In this document: positions 16,989 through 26,588 of the stretch, piece by piece
Layout of the letters: the number at the start of each line of letters is the position of its first letter
Numbering within the stretch: the first letter of the stretch is position 1
NCBI GenBank assembly: GCA_964486505.1
Contig: CAZAMC010000002.1
Coordinates: 1,656-65,655 of the forward strand
Reading direction: 5' to 3'
DNA length: 64,000 nt
Source of the DNA: an uncultured Gammaproteobacteria bacterium
GTDB lineage: Bacteria > Patescibacteriota > Patescibacteriia > PEXW01
Notes under the pieces: generated by a model
Seen by the model: the letters and a program-made list of their open reading frames with translations, nothing else
Told to the model about the DNA's origin: nothing
Database searches by the model: none
Position numbers and translations under genes: made by a program

Positions 16989-18316
16989 AGAAACTGCTTC
17001 GGAAAATCATTCCCAAACGTCTTATCCAAAATTACCACCACGTGCGTGCCCGGGCAGCGGCGCTGCGGGCAGGATTGCCCGCGCGGAAATTGCTCGTCAT
17101 AGGAGTAACCGGGACGAAAGGGAAGTCAACGACTGTCGCCATGTTGGCGCACTGCTTAACCGCCCTCGGCGAACGGGTAGCTTTCTCATCAACCGTACAG
17201 TGGGGGATGCTGGGAGACACTTGGTCGAACCGCAGCAAGATGACGATGCCCGGACACGGGGAGCTGCAGAACTTTTTGCAGCGGGCCGCCCGGGCAGGTT
17301 GCACGGCGGCGGTGTTGGAAGTGTCCTCGGAAGGACTCGCGCAAGGCCGCCATTTGGGCATTGCATTTGATGCGGCGGTGTTCCTTAACCTCACGCCCGA
17401 GCACATTGAGTCGCACGGCAGCCTCCGGAACTACCGCGAAGCAAAAGAACGACTTTTCGGGAGCTTAAACCGGCCCTGGCGGAAGGCGCTGCATGGGAAA
17501 ACCATACCCACCGTCATAGCTGCAAATGTTGATGATCCGGTGGCTTTCTCTTTTCTTCGCCACGCGGCCGACGTGCACATTGCGTACAGCGTGCGACCGA
17601 ATGAGATTAAAGACACCCCGCAACTACCGGTCGCGCGCGCTACCAATGTGCACTGTGACGCTACAGCTTGCACGTTCCACGCCAATGGCCAACCAGTGCT
17701 ACTGCCGCTCCTCGGCATTTTCAATGTGAGCAACGCTATGGCCGCGCTCGCGGTCCTGCAAGGCCTCGGGTTTGACTTGGCAAAAGCTCGGCATGCCCTC
17801 GCCAACTTTCCCGGCGTCCCTGGGCGGCTGGAGCGAGTGGTGCTCGGCGCTCCGTTTACCGCCCTTGTTGATTACGCCCACGAACCCGCAAGTCTGCGCG
17901 CCGCCTACGAAGCCGTGCGCCTCTTAGCTCCTCAGCGGGTTCTGGCATTGCTCGGTGCACAGGGCGGGGGACGCGATCACGCGAAACGGGCCGTCATGGG
18001 CGCCCTTGCGGCAGAGCACGCTGATGTGGTCGTCGTCACCAACGAAGATCCATATGATGAAGACCCGCAGCGCATCGTAGACGAGGTTGCATTGGGTGGC
18101 GAACGCGTTGCGTCGGGGAAAGTGCACCGGATTGTCGATCGGCGCGCGGCAATTCGTTGGTTGCTCCAGCACGCCCAGCCAAATGACGTCGTCCTGCTCA
18201 CTGGTAAAGGTGGAGAAGAAGTTATGGCCGTTGCGGGTGGGCAGCTGGTTCCATGGGATGATCGCACTGTCTTGCGTGAAGAATGGCGTAGCCTACGTGC
18301 CGCACACGTTGCCTAG
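16985..18316 (+). CDS. Mur ligase, MurE-like (UDP-MurNAc-tripeptide synthetase family) with a very short N-terminal region
   Basis: VIGVTGTKGKSTT P-loop at residue ~40; LEVSSEGL, GIFNVSNAMAALAV, LVDYAHEP and C-terminal VVVTNEDPYDEDP (compare MurE DNPR.EDP). Confidence 0.8.
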   Translation: MKKLLRKIIPKRLIQNYHHVRARAAALRAGLPARKLLVIGVTGTKGKSTTVAMLAHCLTALGERVAFSSTVQWGMLGDTWSNRSKMTMPGHGELQNFLQRAARAGCTAAVLEVSSEGLAQGRHLGIAFDAAVFLNLTPEHIESHGSLRNYREAKERLFGSLNRPWRKALHGKTIPTVIAANVDDPVAFSFLRHAADVHIAYSVRPNEIKDTPQLPVARATNVHCDATACTFHANGQPVLLPLLGIFNVSNAMAALAVLQGLGFDLAKARHALANFPGVPGRLERVVLGAPFTALVDYAHEPASLRAAYEAVRLLAPQRVLALLGAQGGGRDHAKRAVMGALAAEHADVVVVTNEDPYDEDPQRIVDEVALGGERVASGKVHRIVDRRAAIRWLLQHAQPNDVVLLTGKGGEEVMAVAGGQLVPWDDRTVLREEWRSLRAAHVA

Positions 18317-18356
18317 CTGCTGGACTCGTGCGATGATGAACATGTAACTCATACGT

Positions 18357-18833
18357 ATGAAGTCGACGATTATTTACGGCACAAATGCAGGGAGCACCCG
18401 CGAGGTAGCCTTGGTCGTGGAGAACGTGCTGGCTCAACACGGCCATGAAGTTCGGGTCCTCTCGGCCGCTGATGCGCAAGCGGATGATCTACGGTCTGCG
18501 GACGCAGTTATTTTTGGTTCGTGCACGTGGGACGCTATTGGCGCGGATGGCCGACTGGAAGGCCAGATGCAGCAGCACTTCTTGGAATTGCAGACGCGCT
18601 TGCATGGTCAGACGTTCGGAGGGAAACCCTTTGCCGTCTTCGGCTTGGGCGATCGGAGCTACACAGAATTCTGTGCGGCGGCTGATAAACTCGTCGGCTT
18701 CGTGCAGGCGCTTGCGGGCAAGCTGGTTGGCGATCCCTTAAAAATTGATGGGTACTTCTTCCGTTTAGATGAGAATCAGCGCCGGGTTGAGGAGTGGGCG
18801 GCCCACGTAGCAGAACTGCTAAAAAAGGCCTAA
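18357..18833 (+). CDS. flavodoxin
   Basis: IIYGT.AGST..VA N-terminal FMN phosphate loop, 158 aa, FGLGDRSY. Confidence 0.8.
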   Translation: MKSTIIYGTNAGSTREVALVVENVLAQHGHEVRVLSAADAQADDLRSADAVIFGSCTWDAIGADGRLEGQMQQHFLELQTRLHGQTFGGKPFAVFGLGDRSYTEFCAAADKLVGFVQALAGKLVGDPLKIDGYFFRLDENQRRVEEWAAHVAELLKKA

Positions 18834-18879
18834 ACACAGCCAAAAGAAGGGGAAAGATGCTTTTCCACACCTTATACTC

Positions 18880-18908
18880 TTGACAAGGGTGGGGGTTCCT
18901 TGTACGTT
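18880..18908 (+). promoter_or_regulatory. candidate promoter TTGACA-N17-TACGTT ahead of a ~260-nt rpoB leader
   Basis: Consensus -35, weak -10; leader contains several UUCG-type hairpins. Confidence 0.35.
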
Positions 18909-19166
18909 CAAGTTATCCACAACCTAAGCTCCTCCCCTCTATAGGGGAGATTGAGCGCCCCTCAGACACTTCACGGGGCAAGGCCTCTACAGCATGCACC
19001 ACGTTCAGTAGCAGGACGGACTGCGCAACTCTTTCCGAACAGCGATTTGGAAGGAGGCGTTTTGTGTCCGGACTTCCACCGGTGCGAGGCCACGTGCTCT
19101 TCGGGAGCACGCGTTGCTCTGGCTGTCAAACCATTTTCACTTCGCCGCTTTCTCCATACGCCACCT

Positions 19167-22100
19167 ATGTCGAAGAAGCGTCACTACGTACACCACGCTG
19201 GTGCAACGACCCGGTATAACCGGACGACTTTTACCAAACTCCATGAGGCAACCGGTTTGCCAGACCTCATTGAAATTCAGAAGCGCAGTTACCAGTGGTT
19301 CTTCGAAGAAGGGCTGAAGGAGCTCTTCGATGAAGTGTCTCCCATTCGAGACTTCATCGGCCGCGACCTTGAGCTCTCGTTCCAAAATTACTACCTAGAC
19401 GAACCGCGCTTCGACGAGCTTACGGCGAAGGCGAAGAACGTTACGTACGAGTCACCATTGCGCGTATCCACGAAGCTGGTGAACAAGAAGACCGGAGAAA
19501 TTAAGGAGCAGGAAATTTACCTGGGTGACTTCCCGCTCATGACTGACCGTGGGACCTTTATTATTAACGGCATTGAACGTGTCGTGGTAAGCCAGCTCAT
19601 CCGCAGTGCTGGCGTTTTTTTCACGTCTGAATTTTTGCGGGGCCGAAAGTACTACGGTGCCAAGATCATCCCGAACCGCGGGGCGTGGTTGGAAATTGAA
19701 ACGGACGCGCAGGATGTCATCTACGTGAAGATCGACCGCAAACGCAAGGCGCCCGTTACCGCACTGCTGCGCTCTTTTGGCTTCGGCACAAATGAAGAGC
19801 TGGTCGATCTCTTTAAAGAGGTCGATACCAATCCCGATCGGCGCTACCTCGACGCCACGATTAAGAAGGACCCCAGCCGCACCGAAGCGGAGGGCCTGAA
19901 AGAAGTGTACAAGCGCATCCGCCCCGGCGACCTGGCCACCACCGACAACGCGCGCGAACTCATTACCAAGATGTTCTTCAGCTTTGACCGCTACGACTTC
20001 AGTCGGGTGGGTCGCTACAAGCTGAACCAGCGGTTTGGCTTTAACTTCCCGAACGATAAAGAGCACCGCGTCTTGCAGAAGGAAGATATCGTGTCCATCC
20101 TGCGGGAAGTCATTAAGCTCAATAACAGCCAGAAGGATGCCGACGACATCGACCACCTCGGTAACCGCCGCGTCCGCGCTATTGGTGAACTCGTCCAGAA
20201 CAAATTCCGCGTCGGTCTCTCTCGCATGGAGCGCATTATTAAGGATCGCATGTCCACCTTGGACATCACCACGATCACGCCGAACCAACTCATTAACGCG
20301 CGGCCGATCATTGGGTCGATTAAAGAATTCTTCATGTCTTCCCAGCTCTCGCAGTTCATGGACCAGACCAACCCGTTGGCTGAACTCGAGCACAAGCGCC
20401 GCCTCTCCGCTATGGGCCCGGGCGGTCTCTCGCGCGAGCGGGCAGGTTTCGATGTTCGTGACGTACACCGCACGCACTATGGTCGCATTTGCCCCATTGC
20501 CACACCGGAAGGACCGAACATTGGTTTGGTCGGCCACCTCTCTTCCTACGCCCGCGTCAACGATTTTGGCTTCATTGAAACGCCCTTCCGAAAAGTTATT
20601 AATTCGGTCGTAAATGATGGCAAGAGTGCGATAGGCGAAATTGCTCGTGAGGCAACGGGCGGCGTGCTGAAGCCAGGGGCAGAGATTACCGATGCTCAGG
20701 CAAAGCAACTCGCAAAAGATTCCACCGTGGAGAAAATCCCGGTGAAGGCTCACGTGACGAAGGATGTGCAGTACTTGGACGCGTTTACAGAAGAGCGGCA
20801 CGTTACCTGCGCGGCCACGACCCCTATTGATGACCGCGGGTACTTCCAAGTTGAGCGTACGGAAATTCGGCAGCACGGTGAGCCCACCACCGGCTCGACG
20901 GACAAAATTGACTTCATGGATGTGGCGCCGAACCAGATTATCTCCATTGCGACGTCGCTCATTCCTTTTGTGGAACACGACGATGCCGCTCGCGCCCTCA
21001 TGGGCACGAACATGCAACGGCAGGCGGTCTCATTGGTCCGTCCGGAGTCACCCATTGTTGGCACGGGCGTGGAAGCGCGGGCAGCGCAAGATTCGGGGCA
21101 AGTGGTGCTGGCCAAGCAGTCCGGTGTCGTAACCGCGGTAGATGCGAGTTCCGTTGAAGTGCTAGAAGACGACGGCAACCTCCGCCGGTACCGCATGGGG
21201 AAGTTCGTCCGGTCGAACGCCAGCACGAGCATGAACCAGAAGCCCATTGTTACAAAACACCAGAAGGTGCAAGCCGGCGACGTGCTCGCTGACGGCGCGG
21301 CTACGGATCGCGGGGAACTGGCCTTAGGCCAGAACGTGGTGGTCGCCTTTATTCCGTGGGAAGGCGGGAACTACGAAGACGCTATTCTCATTTCTGAGCG
21401 GATGGTGCAGGCCGACCGGTATACCTCCATTCACATCGAAGACTTTGTCATGGATGTCCGCGACACCAAGCTGGGGCCAGAAGTAGTCACCCGCGACATT
21501 CCCAACATTGGTGAAGAGAAGCTGCGCAACTTGGATGAAGAGGGGATTGTCCGCATTGGCGCCCAGGTTTCTTCGGGTGACATCCTGGTAGGCAAGATTA
21601 CCCCGAAAGGTGAAACCGAACTCTCCGCCGAAGAGAAATTGCTCCGCGCGATTTTCGGCGAGAAAGCGAAGGACGTGAAAGACAGTTCGCTGTACCTCGA
21701 ACATGGTGAGCACGGCAAAGTTGTAGACATTAAAATTTTCTCCCGCGAGAAGGGCGACAAGCTGCCGTCCGGTGTCATCAAGAGCATCCAGGTATCCGTC
21801 GCCCAGCTCCGCAAGATCCAAGTGGGCGACAAGATGGCCGGTCGGCACGGGAACAAGGGCGTTATCTCCCGCATCGTGGCGGTAGAAGACCTGCCGTACC
21901 TGCCCGATGGTACACCCGTGGATATCGTCCTCAACCCGCTCGGCGTTGCTTCCCGTATGAACCTGGGCCAAATTTTGGAAGTCCACCTGGGTATGGCCAT
22001 GCGCACCTTGGGGTTGAAAGTTGTGAGCCCGCCGCTGGATGGGGTTCCGGAAGATGTCATTCGCCAGCAGTTGGTGAAAGCCGGCTTCCCCGCGGTCGGG

Positions 22101-22601
22101 AAACTGACGCTCATCGACGGTCGCACGGGCCAAGCTTTTGATCAGCCAGTGACCGTGGGTGTCATGTACATGCTCAAGCTCATCCACATGGTTGAAGACA
22201 AGATTCACCAGCGTTCCATTGGTCCGTACTCGCTCGTCACCCAGCAGCCCCTCGGCGGCAAAGCCCAGTTCGGTGGCCAGCGTTTTGGGGAAATGGAAGT
22301 GTGGGCACTGGAAGCCTACGGCGCCGCGCACATGCTGCAGGAAATGCTCACCATCAAGTCCGATGACGTGCTTGGCCGCAGCAAAGCGTATGAGTCCATC
22401 ATCAAGGGCGAGTCAATCCAGAAGCTGAATATCCCCGAGTCCTTCAATGTGCTTGTGCGTGAATTGAAGGGCCTCTGCTTGGATGTTGAGCTCATCGACG
22501 CGCAGACCGCGCCCGCCGAAGACACGCCGACGGTGCACCAGCGCGCCCGCAGTGCCGAACCCATCCGCACGGAAGACGCGGAAATTCCTCCCGCCGCTTA
22601 A
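19167..22601 (+). CDS. rpoB: DNA-directed RNA polymerase subunit beta
   Basis: Full-length collinear RpoB ([30 protein letters not shown]); start chosen at MSKKRH. Confidence 0.95.
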   Translation: MSKKRHYVHHAGATTRYNRTTFTKLHEATGLPDLIEIQKRSYQWFFEEGLKELFDEVSPIRDFIGRDLELSFQNYYLDEPRFDELTAKAKNVTYESPLRVSTKLVNKKTGEIKEQEIYLGDFPLMTDRGTFIINGIERVVVSQLIRSAGVFFTSEFLRGRKYYGAKIIPNRGAWLEIETDAQDVIYVKIDRKRKAPVTALLRSFGFGTNEELVDLFKEVDTNPDRRYLDATIKKDPSRTEAEGLKEVYKRIRPGDLATTDNARELITKMFFSFDRYDFSRVGRYKLNQRFGFNFPNDKEHRVLQKEDIVSILREVIKLNNSQKDADDIDHLGNRRVRAIGELVQNKFRVGLSRMERIIKDRMSTLDITTITPNQLINARPIIGSIKEFFMSSQLSQFMDQTNPLAELEHKRRLSAMGPGGLSRERAGFDVRDVHRTHYGRICPIATPEGPNIGLVGHLSSYARVNDFGFIETPFRKVINSVVNDGKSAIGEIAREATGGVLKPGAEITDAQAKQLAKDSTVEKIPVKAHVTKDVQYLDAFTEERHVTCAATTPIDDRGYFQVERTEIRQHGEPTTGSTDKIDFMDVAPNQIISIATSLIPFVEHDDAARALMGTNMQRQAVSLVRPESPIVGTGVEARAAQDSGQVVLAKQSGVVTAVDASSVEVLEDDGNLRRYRMGKFVRSNASTSMNQKPIVTKHQKVQAGDVLADGAATDRGELALGQNVVVAFIPWEGGNYEDAILISERMVQADRYTSIHIEDFVMDVRDTKLGPEVVTRDIPNIGEEKLRNLDEEGIVRIGAQVSSGDILVGKITPKGETELSAEEKLLRAIFGEKAKDVKDSSLYLEHGEHGKVVDIKIFSREKGDKLPSGVIKSIQVSVAQLRKIQVGDKMAGRHGNKGVISRIVAVEDLPYLPDGTPVDIVLNPLGVASRMNLGQILEVHLGMAMRTLGLKVVSPPLDGVPEDVIRQQLVKAGFPAVGKLTLIDGRTGQAFDQPVTVGVMYMLKLIHMVEDKIHQRSIGPYSLVTQQPLGGKAQFGGQRFGEMEVWALEAYGAAHMLQEMLTIKSDDVLGRSKAYESIIKGESIQKLNIPESFNVLVRELKGLCLDVELIDAQTAPAEDTPTVHQRARSAEPIRTEDAEIPPAA

Positions 22602-22608
22602 CGCCGTC

Positions 22609-25600
22609 ATGGCCACCCCTATGCAAGACGACGCCCTTACCCTCCGCGATCTCTCCGCCATTCGCCTGAAGCTCGCTTCGCCCGATGCGATCCGCTCGTG
22701 GTCGCATGGCGAAGTGACAAAGCCGGAGACTATCAACTACCGTACGCAGAAGCCAGAGAAGTCTGGACTTTTTGCGGAAGAAATTTTTGGCCCGACGAAA
22801 GACTGGGAATGCTACTGTGGGAAGTACAAGCGCATCCGCTACAAGGGTATTGTCTGCGACAAGTGCGGCGTGGAAGTCACCCGCGCCCTCGTTCGACGTG
22901 AACGCATGGGCCACATTGACCTGGCTGCCCCAGTTTCTCACATCTGGTTCCTGCGCGGCGTGCCTTCAAAGATTGGTCTGTGTTTGGACCTTTCTATCCA
23001 GGAGCTTGAGAAGGTCATTTACTTCGCTTCCTTTATTATCACGCGGGTCGATGATGCCTTGCGGGATGAAACCCTGAAGCAAATTGACGCGGAGCTGGAG
23101 GCGAAGCGTAAGCAGATTGAGGCCGATGCTCAGCGTGTAGCGAATGAGATCCAATCGGCTCGCGCCAAGGACTTGGAAGCCGCCAAAGAGAACGCTGCCA
23201 AGAAGGCGAAGGCGGAAGCGCAAGCAACCGAGGCCCTCGCTGCGAATGCGGCTCGCAAGGGCGAGCGGCAAGCAGCGCTGGATGCAGCCGCCGTGGTGGC
23301 CAAGAAAGAGCTGCAGACCTTAAAGCCGCGGCAGATTATTTCGGAGAGCCAGTACCACGATTTGAGCTTAAAGTATGGCCACGTTTTTGAAGCAGCCATC
23401 GGCGCCGAGGCAGTCCACCATCTCCTCAAGGAACTCGATTTGACGGAGGAGATTAAGGCGCTGGAAGTCGAACGCAAGACCGGTTCGGACGTGAAGCAGC
23501 GCAAGGCCGTCCGTCGCCTGAAGCTCCTCAAGAGCTTGTTGGCGAACCACTTGCGTCCGGAGTGGACCGTGCTTACGGCCATCCCCGTCATTCCACCGGA
23601 TCTGCGTCCAATGGTGCAGCTCGACGGGGGTCGCTTCGCCGCGTCGGACTTGAATGACTTGTACCGCCGCGTTATCAACCGCAACAACCGTTTGAAGCGC
23701 CTGTTGGAGCTGAACGCCCCAGAAGTCATCACCCGTAACGAGAAGCGCATGCTGCAAGAAGCGGTTGATGCGCTTATCGATAATGGTGCTCGACATGGTA
23801 AAACTGTCACCGCCGCCACGGGCCAGAAGCGCCAGCTAAAATCCATCGCTGACATGCTCAAAGGGAAGCAGGGCCGTTTCCGTCAGAACCTGTTGGGTAA
23901 GCGCGTGGATTACTCGGGCCGCTCGGTTATTGTGGTGGGCGCCCACTTGCAGCTCCACCAGTGTGGACTGCCGAAGCGCATGGCTCTGGAGCTCTTCAAA
24001 CCATTCGTCATCGCGCAGCTCATCAAGCGTGAGTACGTGCATAACGTGCGCAGCGCCAACCGCTTTATTGAGAGCGATCGCAGTGAGGTCTGGGACATTC
24101 TAGAAGAAATTACGAAGAACTCCCACGTGCTTTTGAACCGCGCCCCGACCCTACACCGCTTGGGCATCCAGGCCTTCCAGCCCGTGCTCATCGAAGGTAA
24201 GGCAATCCAACTGCACCCCATGGTGTGTACGGCGTTCAACGCGGACTTCGACGGTGACCAAATGGCTGTCCACGTCCCGCTCACCGAATCGGCGAAGAAG
24301 GAAGCGGCCGAGCTCATGCTCTCGTCGAAGAACTTGCTGAAGCCCGCAACTGGCACGCCGGTGGTTACACCCTCGCAGGACATCGTTCTCGGGTGCTACT
24401 ACCTCACGATGATGCGGCCGCAGGAGAAGCCGCGCAGCTTTGTAAGCCCGGAAGAGGCTTTCATGGCCTTGGCGATTGACAGCATTCACCTGCATGACGA
24501 AATCACCGTCCGTCGGGGCGATGAGCGCCTGCAGACCTCGGCTGGCCGATTGGCCTTCAACGCCGTACTGCCACCCGAATGGCCCTACATTAATACGCAT
24601 CAGGACAAGAAGTCTCTCTCGAAGCTCGTGGGGAAGTTCATCCAGAAGTTGGGCGTGGATGAAACCGTGCAGACCATTGATCGCATTAAGAATCTTTCTT
24701 TCTCGTACCTAACCCGTTCTGGCATTAGCTGGGGCATGGATGACCTCACTATTCCCACGGCGAAGGCAGAGATTCTGAAGGTCGCGGATGCCAAAGTGGA
24801 TGAGCTCACCCAGAATTATGAAATGGGTTTGCTGACGGACGATGAGCGTCACAACCGGATTATCGAGGTGTGGGATCAGGCCAAGGTCGCTATTCAGAAA
24901 GCTTGTAAGCAGACCCTCGATCAGTTTGGCCCGGTCTTCAGCATGATTGAGTCGGGCGCTCGAGGGAGCTGGGGCCAGACCACCCAGATGATGGGCATGA
25001 AGGGCTTGGTGACGAACCCGGCTGGCGACATTATTGAGTTGCCGGTGCGGGGGAGCTTTAAAGAAGGCTTCGACGTGCTGGAGTACTTCATCTCGACGCA
25101 CGGTGCCCGTAAAGGTTTGTCTGATACCGCTTTGCGTACAGCCAATGCCGGGTACCTCACCCGCCGTCTCATTGATGTGGCGCAGGACGTGGTCATTAGT
25201 GAAGACCAGTGTGCCGACGATGAAGGCATGGCCCTGGTGAAAGCCGATTCGGAACTCCTCGGTGAATCGGTCGCTCAGCGTGCCCTTGGTCGCACCAGTC
25301 TGCAGCGCATTAGCGACCCGAAGACCAAGAAGGTGATTGTGAACAAGAATGCGCTCATCACCGAAGACATCCTGCCGGTACTCGACGCCCTGGATCTCGA
25401 TGAACTCCGTATCCGCACGGTTCTCACCTGTAAAGCCCGCCGGGGCCTGTGTGCCGCGTGCTACGGGTACGACCTGGGCCACAATAGCCCGGTGAAGAAG
25501 GGAACGGCCGTCGGCATCATTGCCGCCCAGTCCATTGGTGAACCTGGCACCCAGCTCACCATGCGTACGTTCCACACGGGTGGGGTAGCCGGTCAGGACA

Positions 25601-26487
25601 TTACCCAGGGTCTGCCCCGCGTTGAAGAACTCTTCGAAGCACGACCCGTGAAGAAGCCCGCCATTCTTGCATCGGCAACGGGCACGGTGTCTATCGTTGA
25701 GGGCCAGAAGGGCGAGAAGGTGTTGAAGCTCACGTACCGCGGTGCGAAGGACGATACCTACCCAATCAAGCGCGGCTGGAAAGCAGCCGTGAAAGACGGG
25801 CAAGCGGTACGCGCTGGCGAGACGCTCCTGGAATCGAAGGGGAAAGACCCGCAGACCGCCGCCGAGAGTGGTATTGTCGTCATGCAAGCGAACGCCATCA
25901 TTGTCCGCCGTGAAGCCGAGAAGGTTGACGAGCACACCGTGCATCCTGGCGACACGCTGCTAGTGAAAGATGGTGACTTGGTGAACATTGGTCAGCAACT
26001 CACTGAAGGGAGCCTCGACATCCACCAGCTCTACCACCTGCAAGGTGAGGCCGCGGTGCAGGCGTACCTGATTAAGGAAACGCAGTTCATCTACTCATCT
26101 CAAGGGCAGAAGCTTAACAACAAGCACGTCGAAGTCATTGTCCGTCAGATGTTCTCCCGGGTGTACGTCATTGATAACGGCGATACCGACCTCATTGCCG
26201 GGGAAGTCATTGAGCGGTCGCAGTTTGATGAGGCGAATGAGGTGGCTAAGGCCAAGAATAAAGCCGTCGCCAAGGGTGACACCTTGCTGTACGGAATTAC
26301 GAAGGCCTCCCTCTCCATTGATAGCTTCCTGTCCGCTGCTTCCTTCCAGGAGACCGCTCGGGTTCTCATCGATGCCGCCGTCTCGGGTAAAGTGGACCGG
26401 CTGCGGGGCCTGAAGGAGAACGTTATCATCGGTAAGCTCATCCCTGCGGGGACGGGCTACCGACCAGATGAGCCAGTGAAGAAGTAG
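22609..26487 (+). CDS. rpoC: DNA-directed RNA polymerase subunit beta'
   Basis: Zn-finger CYCGKYK..CDKCGVEV, NADFDGDQMAVHVPL, trigger loop and C-terminal regions; Ala/Lys-rich coiled-coil insertion after the clamp region. Confidence 0.95.
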   Translation: MATPMQDDALTLRDLSAIRLKLASPDAIRSWSHGEVTKPETINYRTQKPEKSGLFAEEIFGPTKDWECYCGKYKRIRYKGIVCDKCGVEVTRALVRRERMGHIDLAAPVSHIWFLRGVPSKIGLCLDLSIQELEKVIYFASFIITRVDDALRDETLKQIDAELEAKRKQIEADAQRVANEIQSARAKDLEAAKENAAKKAKAEAQATEALAANAARKGERQAALDAAAVVAKKELQTLKPRQIISESQYHDLSLKYGHVFEAAIGAEAVHHLLKELDLTEEIKALEVERKTGSDVKQRKAVRRLKLLKSLLANHLRPEWTVLTAIPVIPPDLRPMVQLDGGRFAASDLNDLYRRVINRNNRLKRLLELNAPEVITRNEKRMLQEAVDALIDNGARHGKTVTAATGQKRQLKSIADMLKGKQGRFRQNLLGKRVDYSGRSVIVVGAHLQLHQCGLPKRMALELFKPFVIAQLIKREYVHNVRSANRFIESDRSEVWDILEEITKNSHVLLNRAPTLHRLGIQAFQPVLIEGKAIQLHPMVCTAFNADFDGDQMAVHVPLTESAKKEAAELMLSSKNLLKPATGTPVVTPSQDIVLGCYYLTMMRPQEKPRSFVSPEEAFMALAIDSIHLHDEITVRRGDERLQTSAGRLAFNAVLPPEWPYINTHQDKKSLSKLVGKFIQKLGVDETVQTIDRIKNLSFSYLTRSGISWGMDDLTIPTAKAEILKVADAKVDELTQNYEMGLLTDDERHNRIIEVWDQAKVAIQKACKQTLDQFGPVFSMIESGARGSWGQTTQMMGMKGLVTNPAGDIIELPVRGSFKEGFDVLEYFISTHGARKGLSDTALRTANAGYLTRRLIDVAQDVVISEDQCADDEGMALVKADSELLGESVAQRALGRTSLQRISDPKTKKVIVNKNALITEDILPVLDALDLDELRIRTVLTCKARRGLCAACYGYDLGHNSPVKKGTAVGIIAAQSIGEPGTQLTMRTFHTGGVAGQDITQGLPRVEELFEARPVKKPAILASATGTVSIVEGQKGEKVLKLTYRGAKDDTYPIKRGWKAAVKDGQAVRAGETLLESKGKDPQTAAESGIVVMQANAIIVRREAEKVDEHTVHPGDTLLVKDGDLVNIGQQLTEGSLDIHQLYHLQGEAAVQAYLIKETQFIYSSQGQKLNNKHVEVIVRQMFSRVYVIDNGDTDLIAGEVIERSQFDEANEVAKAKNKAVAKGDTLLYGITKASLSIDSFLSAASFQETARVLIDAAVSGKVDRLRGLKENVIIGKLIPAGTGYRPDEPVKK

Positions 26488-26506
26488 TTACCCCATTGCA
26501 TAGAGC

Positions 26507-26534
26507 AAAAGCCCCGGATTTCCCGGGGCTTTTT
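26507..26534 (+). terminator. intrinsic terminator GCCCCGG-atttc-CCGGGGC-TTTTT after rpoC
   Basis: Seen directly. Confidence 0.6.
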
Positions 26535-26588
26535 GGTACTCACGCGCTCGTCGAAACCCGCAATCAATGGTATTCTTAGAGCTACGGT

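Noticed and set aside
16985-18316. Calling the Mur ligase MurT or PgsB/CapB (because of the short N-terminus and the CapA-like gene elsewhere)
   Set aside because: There is no MurT Cys4 zinc ribbon or DUF1727 and no PgsB-type GIRGKST P-loop. The MurE-specific C-terminal motif and central motifs are present instead.
19452-21017. 521-aa ORF antisense to rpoB (and similar 335-aa ORF 21324..22331 and 231-aa ORF 21431..22126)
   Set aside because: It lies entirely inside rpoB on the opposite strand. Its Arg/Gly/Val-rich composition is typical of the antisense frame of high-GC coding DNA, and there are no motifs.
24709-25944. 411-aa ORF antisense to rpoC (plus 23130..23861, 23910..24383)
   Set aside because: Same reason: antisense artefacts within a well-supported rpoC.
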